Source: an uncultured cyanobacterium (GTDB lineage Bacteria; Cyanobacteriota; Cyanobacteriia; Cyanobacteriales; CAWCAG01). From it: DNA of 64,000 bases. The notes below the pieces were generated by a model, which saw only the letters and a program-made list of their open reading frames with translations, was not told the origin of the DNA and made no database searches. The stretch is taken from NCBI GenBank assembly GCA_963803805.1, contig CAWDOD010000005.1, positions 82,667 to 146,666 on the forward strand, written 5' to 3'. This document shows, one piece after another, positions 20,702 through 30,984 of the stretch; the first letter of the stretch is position 1; each line of letters begins with the position of its first letter. The translations under genes were made by a program, and so were the position numbers.

Positions 20702-23700
20702 TCAAAAACGAATCTCATACTCAACCACCGCCCGACTATCCCCCTGAAAATCCGTTGAACCTCGGAACAAGGTATTTTCGTCGATGCGATAGCGTAAGCC
20801 ATATTGGGCAGGGCGTTCATCCGTTAATACCTTAATCACTGAAACAGATAAATCCCTCGTCACATCAAAAGCCGCTTCTGCCCCAACTCCAATATCACCC
20901 CCTGCCCCTTGAGAATTGCTAGCTGAAGAGGTGGGGAAGAGACGAAACTCACTTAAGCCTAAAGTATCCCCCACAGATCTTTGGAAGTTACCTAAAAGTA
21001 CTGATCCTGCTAGGTTAGCTAGCCCCACAGTCGCATCTTGACTAAAACTATTCAGTACGCTGCCACCTAAGAGGGCCACAATCTCATTTTCACTGCGGCG
21101 TGGAATACTAGTTAACTCTAAGTTTTCGTCTAAGCGACTAGCTGGGCCTTCTACACTAGCGATAACTCTAACTGATTGTAGGGAACCAAAGGTACTGATG
21201 GGGGCATCAGGAATTTCGTTGGGGTTGGTTTCGGTGGGAATGAAAATAGGAGTCCCTTCGGAGACGTTGGCGATTAACTGGACGTTGAGAAAGGGGTCTA
21301 GACCTAATTCAGGACGAAATTCTGCTGTTTGAGGGAAACCTCCTCGCAAACGGAATTGGGTGGTAAACAGGTTTACCTGTCCCCTTTCTAAGGTGATTAA
21401 ACCATCTGGCCTCGGTTCGTTGAGAGGACCGTTGAGGAGAAAACTGCCTGTTGCTAAGAAGTTAAGGACAGGGGCTTGGGTGATTTGGATGTCATCGACG
21501 AGGATGATTTTCAAGTTGTCAAATTCGGGAGTGATGCCGGTTTCTTCCTCATCACCAACTTCTCCTGCCCCTAAGTCTCCTGCATCGCTGTCCCCAGTTA
21601 AGTTAGTTGATTGGGCGATGGAAACATTGCCATCGTTGAGGTTGATTTCCCCACTAATTAAAGGTCTTAGGGCAGTACGGGTAATGAAAACATCTCCCCC
21701 GACTCCCCCTTGATAAATACCTTTGAGATTAAAATCTAATTCTCTGAGGGCAACGGTTAGGGGGCTTTCTTGGGGAGAGGGTTTGCTGATGGGTAAACTG
21801 CCACTGACGGTAACTTCTCCACCACCATATTTACCGGTCAAGGTGTTGACTACTTCGAGGGTGTCAAAGTCGAAGATGATTTTACCATCAACATCCGTGA
21901 GATTCTCTGTCAGTAATTCGGAACTAATGGTAGCATCGCTAATGATCGCACTACCATTGACAACTAAATCTTCAAGTCCCGACTCTTGTTCAAATATGCC
22001 TTTGACATCAATATCCACATCCCCTTTACCAGCAACCCAACCAAGTTGTTGGCGAGTAAGAATATCTAAGATAGCTAAACCGTCGTCTTTGACTTTGACA
22101 GCAAGGGCTAGTTCGTTACTTGCTGGTTCTACGGTTGTTCCTGGGATTTGGTAAGGAATTTTGCCGTTGACGGTTAAGGGATCATCAGGGGAACCAGCCA
22201 AAATAGCGTTGGCTGCAAAGTTAAGGATAGCATCGTTGTATTGGAAACTACCTTCAGCTTTTTGAACAGGTTGTTGATTGATTTTGGCATCAACTACTTC
22301 AATAGTACCGATACTTTGGGGATTTGCCCTGCTACCGGAGATGCTAGCTTGGGCATCGACTAAACCACCGAAGCCAATGGCAGGAGGTAATTCAACAAAT
22401 TCTTGAATTAAGGAGACAGGAACTTGTTTGGCCCGTAGTTGTCCGGAGAGATTTTCATCTCCTAAGTTACCTGTGAAAGCTAAAGCCCCATTGTTAGCAA
22501 GTTCAATTAGTACTGGTTGGAGGGTGATTCTACTATTACTAAGACTTCCTTGACTATTAATGCTGCCTTTGGCAACTACTCGTTGGGCTAAATATTCCTC
22601 CCATTGCCAGTCGTCTCCCAAAAAGTCAAACTCAGCTTGCAAAGAAGCTAAGGAACGATTCTGAATAGAAGCGGCAACATCAACACTACCGCTAAACTCT
22701 CCTTCGAGTTTTTCTAATTCTGGGAAGGGAGAAGCTTCTTCCCTGGCAATACGTTGCCGTTGCAAGAGGGTTTCAATTTCTGAGAGTCGCCGCAGTTGAG
22801 TTTCAATACTCGTCCCCGGCAACCCTAAGCTGAGAATGCCAATATCTTCCTGGTTGCCATAGTTGCGATCGCCGCTTCCTCTGGTTAAGTCTTCGAGGTC
22901 AAATATTTGTAGGGCATAAAGAACATCTTCAATTCTGCCTTTTTCTACATCTGCCTTGGCAATGATTTCTGGTCCGGAAACTCCAGGAGATAACCTGGCA
23001 TCAAGGAAATAGCTGCTTTCTCCTTTTTGTAATTTCCCTTCATTAAGAACTCCAAAACCATTGGCATAGTTGAATCTGCCTGTGAATAAGTCTCCTTCAA
23101 AGTTACCGACAATGGGATCTGTGATTGCAATATCTCCCGAAGCAGCGAAGGTTTTGAGGTTAACGGCTAAATCACCACTAAGTTGTCCTGCCAAGGTTTG
23201 AGAGGCTAGTTGGGGAGGTAGAGGGACGAATTCTTTGGCAATGCCGATGGGGAAGTTTTCTGTTTCTATGTCGAGGATTTCTCCTCGTCGTCTACCTGTA
23301 GCTGTAACTTCAACAAACTCATCCTCTTCAAATCTGGTAGCAACATTTTGGTCGAAGCGAAGGTAAAAGGAGTTTGGTAGGTAATCAGGGGCTAAGGCGA
23401 CGCGGATGATGTCGTTTTCGCCATTTAGTTGTAAGTTAATCCCGGCATCTTGGGAGGTGACATTTCCTGCTAGTAAGGGGTCAAAATCTAAACCATCAAA
23501 AATAAAGTCCCTTAAAGCGATGCCGCCATTAACATTAGGGGAATTAATTGTGCCAGCAATCTTACCGTCAAAATCAGCAAACCCTCCTAAAGCTACGTTT
23601 GCTGCTGCTTCTGGTAACGAAATAGGTAATTCGGCAAGGTTTAAACCTTCAGCATTAACGTCAAAGTTATACCGTTCAACAATATTAAGGCCAGAACTAG

Positions 23701-26621
23701 CTAAATCCAGGTCAGCATAACCACTAGCAAAAAATCCTTCTGCTGTTGCTTGGGGAATTTCTAATCTTTTACCAGTCCAGTTGAAGGAAGCGGCTAAGGG
23801 TCTGTCGATTAAAGCTAAACCTTGATTAAAGTTCAAATCTCCCCTCGCCCTAATTCCTGCTGGAGTTAGATTTGCTAAACTTCCTCTGGCAAGAATGTTG
23901 CCCCCGACATTACCTTCTAAATCTTTGTTTAAAAGGGCTAAATTAACCCCATTAATATCTAAATCTGCCTCCCAGTTACCATTCCTAATATCAGCATCAG
24001 CAATAACGTTACCGCCACCAAGATTGTTTAAGTTCCCCTGAACTTTACCCTGCACTGTATTAGGGTTAAAGGAAGCCAAACTACCATTGAGATTAAAGTT
24101 ACCTGTAAAAGCAGAACCTTGGAGTTGGGAAACTTGAGGGACAAGTTGCGCCACTTGTAAGTTTCGGCTTAACCCTCTAGCTTGCCAGCGATTGTTGCCT
24201 AAATTAATTTGAGAAGCGTTAATTACCCCTCCCCCATTGGGCAAGGTTAAATTCCCTGAACCACCACCCCTTACTCCCGCTAAGGAGAGGTTGTTGAGGG
24301 AACCAACCAGATTTAAGTCACTATTAACAATCCCCTGAAATTGCCGAGGAACTGAAGCCAGATTCCTAACCCTAATGCCCCTAGCTTGGACATCACTTTG
24401 CCAACGTCCCCCTGCTACTCGCACATCATTAGCAACCACTGTACCCCCAGCTAAACCGAAATTAGCTGACCCCCTGGCGCGAATGCTATTAAGGTTTAAA
24501 GAATTTATATTACCTGCGAGGTTAAAGCTGCCATCTAATTCCCCTAGTCGGAATGTGGCAGGTAGGGGAACGATACTTGCTAAATCAATACTAGAAAGCC
24601 TGGCGGTACTACGCCAATCCCCCCTTTCTAAGGCAATATCCCTAAGACTAATTCTGCCCCCAACTGCACTTAAATTAGCTGTTCCTGTGGCCAAAATTGA
24701 TTCTGGGGAAAAGTCACTTAAACTACCAGAAACATTCAGCAAAACCGACTCTAGCTGCCCCCCAGGAATTTGGGGAGGCAATTCAATTAAGCGAGAAAGT
24801 TGTACATCACTAGCTTGAATTCTCCCTTGCCAACGCCCCCTATTAAGGAGGATATTGTTGATGGCTACATTTTGTCCTGCCAGGTTGGTTTGTGCCGATC
24901 CCGTGGCGGTAATATTTTGTAGGTTAATCTTGTTGACGCTACCAGAAACATTAAACAAACCATTCAAATTACTTTGGCGGAATAGTAAAGGAGAAGTTCC
25001 GGTTATTTCGGTAACAATTTGATTAAGCTTCAGCCCAGAAGTCCTTACTAAACCAGCCCAACGCCCATTCCTGACCTGAATATTCCTGGCGGCAACTATT
25101 CCTCCGGCTAAATTCAAGTTGCCATTAATATCTGCTTGCAGGTTTTCTAATTTCTTCCAAGGGCCAAATAACTTGGCATTCCCCCCTACCAAACCTAAAG
25201 TGATAGGTAAATTCAAATCATAAATTCTGGCGATCGCCTCTGCTGATAAACCTGTAGCGTTAGCGTCTATGGCGAGGTTTCCCCCTTCTTTAAGATTGAC
25301 ATTGCCCGTCGCTTGAATTTTTCCCCCTACTAAGGGCAAAACCTCAAAGTTTTGAATCTTTAAATTACTACCTACCAACTCCAACAAGGCACTAAAGTTA
25401 CCGAAGCGGAGTTTATCAACTTGGATAGTTTTTATGCCCCTAGCTTTGACATTTACCTTCGGTTCTTTAAAAGGCCCAGTAATATCTAAGTTAGCGCGAA
25501 TTTGCCCTTGAAAAGGAACGGGAGTTTTCTTAACTCCAAAGGTGGTTAAAACTTTGGTAATCTCTACAGGGAAAGTCTCTGCTTTGATATTTAATCCCTT
25601 ATCCAAGTCAATTGTTCCCCCAGCCTTAGCGGGAACTTGACCAAAAACTGTAGAGATATTTTTGAGTTTAATTTCTGTCCCTTTGGCAATTAAACGGCCA
25701 TTTGTTTTCCCTAAAGGCTGAGGTAATGCTTCTAAAGCGACAGTAACATTATCAACGTCAACAATGCCATTTAAAAGTAAAGGCTTTTCCCCATTAATCT
25801 CCGCAGCTAAATTAGCATCTAATTTTCCTTTTCTTAACTCAAAAGGTAAAGGCAACAAGCGACCAATTTCTAAAGCAGTTAACTGCTTCGCCCGCGCCCT
25901 TAATTTCGCCCGTTTCGTTTTAGTAAAAAACTCTCCTCGTAAACGAAAATCACCACTACTTAAAAAATCCCCTGCTAATTGAAAAACTAAATGTCTCCCC
26001 TCATCAAGAAGTTCAACCCTACCAGAATCTACCAATAAATCTATGGGTTTATATAACTTCCCTTCTTTCGACCGAGGTACTAAAGTTACATCAGCATCCC
26101 TGAAACTAACCCGTTCAATTTCTGTTTTAATTGGCCCGGCTTCTTCATCGGAATTAGGGGGTAAGTTAATCCAAATCCCCTCTTCATCCTGTTCAGCATA
26201 AAGTTCTGGTTCTACCAAAATTACATCTAGTAATAGCTGGCGATTTGTCAATAACTTGAAAAGATTATTAAACCTAACCTGAACTGCCTCAACAGAAGCA
26301 CTATCGGAATCACTCGCCGTCGCTGGAATAGAAGTAGGGCCAAACTCTAACCCTCCTAAGCCTACACTCTCCAACTCGCCCAAATCAATAGGCCTTGCTA
26401 AAACTTGGGTAAGTTGTTTTTCTACAAAAGGGGACAACTTTTGATGAAGAAGATATCCAACCCCAAGTTAAGCCGCCCCCTAACCCCACCAATACAATCC
26501 CCGTCAAACTAAACCACAAACGTCTCCGTCGCCGACGAGGAGGCGGAGTTGGCGGAGTCGGTGGAGTCGACTCCGGTTGATTGGATTCTGGTTCATTGTC
26601 TGGGTTAGGGGTGTTAGTCAT
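20702..26621 (-). CDS. tamB: translocation/assembly module TamB-family protein, frameshift near 26455
   Basis: Pro/Arg-rich N-terminus and TM (26385-26621 ORF) continue into a 1911-aa beta-rich ORF ending VEYEIRF, with a DUF490-like C-terminus (LDPFLNV, RSENEIVALLG). Confidence 0.85.
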
Positions 26622-27018
26622 CTTTAGGTTAGGGAATTGTAGTCAAAATTAAAAGCTAAAAAATCAAGAAAGCACTCTTACTGTAGGGGACTACTCTCTA
26701 CTTTTGAAGAGAAAACTAGCTATGAAGTTTCACAGAATACAAATATCACAATAATCAAATTAATCAAGTCCTATATCGCTTCAGGACAGCAAGAGTTTTG
26801 TTCATTTTTTCCTCTACCTGCCCCATAACTATAGGATACGTAGCATTACGCCTTGATTTTTCCAGAAAATCATCTCAAAGTTTGTAACCAGATTAAACAA
26901 GAGTTAACTCTTAGCTTTTTTTCTTAGGGTATGTCAGAGACATAGTGATTTGACGAAGGGATAAAAGCTACTTATTTTTGGTTGTGAGGGAATTATCATT
27001 TAGAATTTTCTTTACATA

Positions 27019-27790
27019 GTGAGTTCTATCTTACAAATAGGGATTATCGCCGTGGTCAATGTTGATCGTATTGCAGAAGAACACCAACTAGGAAACTTAG
27101 TTGGTGAATTTAGATGGAATAAGTCCAGGGCTAAATTATTACTTTATATTTGGCTATTTTTGCTACCTATTATTGCTTTAGCTACTTTCTTTATTACCTC
27201 AGAACCTGTAGAGTTAGGTTATGGAATTGGTGGAATTGCCTTACTAATCTGCTTGTACTTAGTTTATAGGCAAACGAGGAAGCTGAAAAAGAAGAAAGTC
27301 TTGTCTGTTTATGAACAAGGATTGATAGATTCAGCGTAAAGGCAAACCCAAAGTAATTTCCTTTGAAAATGTCAAAAAATTGTGGTTATCTATTAACCAG
27401 ATTTATGGTAGAGGTTTAGCTTTATATCTTTATACTTTACAAACTGAAGATGGTAAAAAGCACAAATTCAATAATAGCCTATCTAGTATTGAACAACTTG
27501 GTTTTTTATTCCAAAATCAAGTCTGGCGTTATCAATTTCCTGCTGCTATGGATAAGTTCAAAGAGGGAGAAGAGGTTGATTTTGGCAAAATTAGTTTGAG
27601 CAAAGAAGGTTTATCTCTACGAAATAAAACTCTGTCTTGGTTAGAATTAGAAAAAATTGAGTTGATGGAAGGAATGGTATTTATTCAGGAAAAGCAAGAA
27701 GGAATATGGGCCAAGTTACCAGCTTCTGGATTTCCTAATTTATTCCTTTTCACGGCTATGACTGAGCAAATTAAAAAAGGGAATTTTTAA
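27019..27790 (+). CDS. two-TM hypothetical protein (DUF6585-like), frameshift near 27331
   Basis: ORFs 27019-27339 and 27380-27790 join as GLID-QRKGKPKVISF if one T is removed. C-terminus has GEEVDFGKISLSKEGL and FPNLFLF. Confidence 0.6.
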
Positions 27791-27853
27791 TTGCTAATGG
27801 CTAGTTACTAGTTGCTGGTTGTTACTGGTTAATATTTAATTAATAACTTAAAA

Positions 27854-28663
27854 ATGTATTGGTATGATGGTCAAGTAATTGACAGTGACTCTATTGAACT
27901 TTCTTTAGATAATCCTGGTTTACTTTATGGGGCAACGGTTTTTACTACCCTAAGAATTTATCACCAATCTTTAGAAGAGCCTCTCACGAATTGGTTTGCC
28001 CACTGGCAACGTCTCCATCATGCTATAGAAACTGTAGCTTGGCAAGCACCTGATTGGCATAATGTTAAAAAAGGTACAGAAACTTTAATAACCCATTTTC
28101 CTGTCCTACGTATTACTCTTTTTCCTGATGGTAAAGAACTAATTACTGGACGTGACTTACCAAAGGATTTAGCCCAAAGCCAAACCCAAGGAGTTAGGAC
28201 TTGGTTAGCCACAAATTCAGATTACTCTCGCTCCTTACCTCACCTAAAAACAGGTAACTATTTAGCACCTTGGCTTGCTTTGAAACAAGCTCAAAAGTTA
28301 GGTGCAAAAGAAGCAATTCTTGTTGATATTTACGGCAATTGGTTAGAAACTTCTACGGGTAATCTTTGGGGCTGGAAAAATGGTTGTTGGTTTACTCCTC
28401 CCCTCAAGTCTGGCATCCTACCAGGAACTATGCGGCAACAACTTCTCAATTGGTTAGAATCTTCCCAACAACCAAAACAAACTACTACTATTTGGGATGA
28501 AATTTTTGTTCGAGAATTAGAAGCCGTTGCCTATACAAATAGTGTTTTAGAAGTTATACCTATTCACACAATATTAAGAACCCAAGGCAATCTTAAATAT
28601 AATCCTCATCATGCCAGCTTAGGGCAGTTGCAAGATTTTTTTATTGCTAACAAGAAAATATAA
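27854..28663 (+). CDS. aminotransferase class IV / aminodeoxychorismate lyase
   Basis: GLLYGATVFTTLR, PLP lysine in HLKTGNY, ETSTGN, GILPG. Confidence 0.88.
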   Translation: MYWYDGQVIDSDSIELSLDNPGLLYGATVFTTLRIYHQSLEEPLTNWFAHWQRLHHAIETVAWQAPDWHNVKKGTETLITHFPVLRITLFPDGKELITGRDLPKDLAQSQTQGVRTWLATNSDYSRSLPHLKTGNYLAPWLALKQAQKLGAKEAILVDIYGNWLETSTGNLWGWKNGCWFTPPLKSGILPGTMRQQLLNWLESSQQPKQTTTIWDEIFVRELEAVAYTNSVLEVIPIHTILRTQGNLKYNPHHASLGQLQDFFIANKKI

Positions 28664-28743
28664 TCTTGTTTTCTCTGCCCTTGACATGATATTATGTACA
28701 TGGTGAAAAAGGTGCGCTCTTTAAAGCAGTTTTTAAAGATAAT

Positions 28744-29361
28744 TTAACAACTTATTCCTAACTCTTTCCTCACCTCATCAATAGGACGTTGCCAGTTATC
28801 TTCAAAATGGTAATTAAGGAGAAACTGAGCTTGCTTCCCCAGTAATTTTCCTCGGTGAGCATTGGCAAATATCACTTTAGTTTGTGATGGGGCAAAAAGT
28901 GGATAAAGTACTTTAGCTAAGGGAAGAGTAAAATTAAAAATCCGATTATATTTCTGTGTCTGAGTAAATGCTAAAACGCCGATTTCTCCTGCTAAACTTG
29001 TATCAAAACCTAGCAAGACGTGATGAATATCATGGGTGGCAATGTAGCGTAGAGGGAAAGGATTATTTTTAGAGTATTCCTTGAAATCAGAACTAATTTC
29101 TAAAGGTTGTAGCTGATATTTACGCATATGAGAAGCATATTCATAACCAAATGTACCTTTTGGCAATTTAATAAGTTCGTCTAAATTTATAGTTGGAGCG
29201 TAACCTGCTACTCCTTGCATTCGAGAAACAATCTCAGCACTTGTACCGGGGATTAGCAATTCAACTTTAAGAAAGGCAATATCGCCTGCTTTGCCGGATT
29301 TCCGATATTCCTGTATTGCTTGTAAGAAACGTTTAAATCTAATCATAGTGAGACTCTCCAT
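28744..29361 (-). CDS. Coq4-family protein
   Basis: LPKGTFGYEY, HDIHHVLLGFDT...GE, FEDNW...RKELGI. Confidence 0.82.
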   Translation of the reverse strand: MESLTMIRFKRFLQAIQEYRKSGKAGDIAFLKVELLIPGTSAEIVSRMQGVAGYAPTINLDELIKLPKGTFGYEYASHMRKYQLQPLEISSDFKEYSKNNPFPLRYIATHDIHHVLLGFDTSLAGEIGVLAFTQTQKYNRIFNFTLPLAKVLYPLFAPSQTKVIFANAHRGKLLGKQAQFLLNYHFEDNWQRPIDEVRKELGISC

Positions 29362-29475
29362 CAGCTTTGATGTTTATACAAAAAAATAGGAGAGATAGAA
29401 AATTATAAGACTAATTAAAATACAAGGAAAGCTGAGATATTTTTCCAGGCTGTAATCGTTTAGATAATTACTTTA

Positions 29476-30939
29476 ATGGTAGACCAAAGCCAACTAGATT
29501 TGCTTAAAAGCGGTGTAAACGAGTGGAACGAGTGGAGAAGAGAAAATCCCAAAGTTCAGATAGACCTTAGTAATGCTGATCTCAGCTATGCTAACCTTGG
29601 CGGCACTAATCTCAAAGCTGCCAACCTTAACAATGCTAACCTTGGCGCTGTTAACTTAAGAGGAGCCTGTCTTGCTTATGCAAACCTTACTAATGTCAAT
29701 TTTAAAGACTTGGTGGGGGCTGATCTTAGAGATGCCAAGCTTAACAGTGCTAATCTCAATGATAGCAATCTCAGTGATAGCGATCTTAGTTATGCAAACC
29801 TCTATGGAGCTTACTTGAATGGAGCTAAACTCATTAGAGCCAATCTTAGCAATACTAACCTTAGTTATACTAGATTCCTTAAAGCAAACCTAAATGGAGC
29901 TAAACTCACTGGGGCTAATCTTAGTTGTGCAAACTTAAAAGGGATTGACTTAGAAGGAGCAAATTTAGAAGGATGTCAGCTAGAACAAGTAACATTAGAA
30001 AAAGCCAATCTTAAAAAAGCTAGTCTCCAAAAATTAGACCTAAGTGGAGCATATCTTAAGCAAGCAGATTTGACAATGGCGAATCTGGAGGGAGCTTATT
30101 TAAATGGGGCTTATTTAACTAATACTAACCTCAAAAAAGCAAAGCTCAATGGAGCAAGTTTAAAAGGAGTTGACTTAAGGAATGCCAACCTGTTGTTAGC
30201 TGAAGCATTAGGTACTAATTTTGAGGGTGCAAATTTTACAGGGGCTTGTATCGGAGACTGGAAAATTGATCGCACTACTAGCTTGAATTATGTTATCTGC
30301 CAGTATGTTTATTTAGCTTATCAAAACAAACATCGTATTCCTACCAATGGGCAAGAGAATTTTGCTTTAGGAAGATTCAGCCAGTTTGCCCAAAAGTCTC
30401 TAGTAATTATAGACCTTTTCTTCCCTCAAGATATAGATTGGCAGGCATTTATTTTCTCTTTCAATCACTTACAAGCCCAAGGGAAAGGTAAAGAGTTAAC
30501 TATCAAAGCTATAGAGAGCAAAAATAATGGGACGCTTGTCGTGAAAATCAATGTTCCTAGTGAATTAGATGTTAATAAAATTGAAGCATTTTTTTGGCAA
30601 AAGTATCAAGAATCTTGTCAGGAAGCCGCAGAAACTTACTGTGAACAAATTCAGGTAACAGATATTGAAAACTTAAAAGAAATTGAGCAGAAGGAAACTT
30701 TAGCAGAAGTGGCAGTGGTTGTTAAACCGTTTTTAGGGCAGCTAGAAACCCAAGGATTCAGCCTTCAAGGGGCTAAAAATAAAGTTGCTAGCGAATTAGC
30801 AACCCAGGCTAATAATAACCCTTTGTTTAAAAGCAAACTGGTAGCATGGGAAAAATATTTAGCCGATGCTGCTGTTAATAGTGTTATTCATACAGAAGTT
30901 GTAGAAGTAATTCAGTTAGCCTTGGGTTTTATAGTCTAA
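29476..30939 (+). CDS. pentapeptide repeat protein with C-terminal helical domain
   Basis: GVNEWNEWR N-cap, long A(N/D)Lxx array, GACIGDWKI. Confidence 0.9.
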   Translation: MVDQSQLDLLKSGVNEWNEWRRENPKVQIDLSNADLSYANLGGTNLKAANLNNANLGAVNLRGACLAYANLTNVNFKDLVGADLRDAKLNSANLNDSNLSDSDLSYANLYGAYLNGAKLIRANLSNTNLSYTRFLKANLNGAKLTGANLSCANLKGIDLEGANLEGCQLEQVTLEKANLKKASLQKLDLSGAYLKQADLTMANLEGAYLNGAYLTNTNLKKAKLNGASLKGVDLRNANLLLAEALGTNFEGANFTGACIGDWKIDRTTSLNYVICQYVYLAYQNKHRIPTNGQENFALGRFSQFAQKSLVIIDLFFPQDIDWQAFIFSFNHLQAQGKGKELTIKAIESKNNGTLVVKINVPSELDVNKIEAFFWQKYQESCQEAAETYCEQIQVTDIENLKEIEQKETLAEVAVVVKPFLGQLETQGFSLQGAKNKVASELATQANNNPLFKSKLVAWEKYLADAAVNSVIHTEVVEVIQLALGFIV

Positions 30940-30984
30940 GAATTATCAAACCAGACAAGGTTTTTAAAAACTTAACTGAATAAA

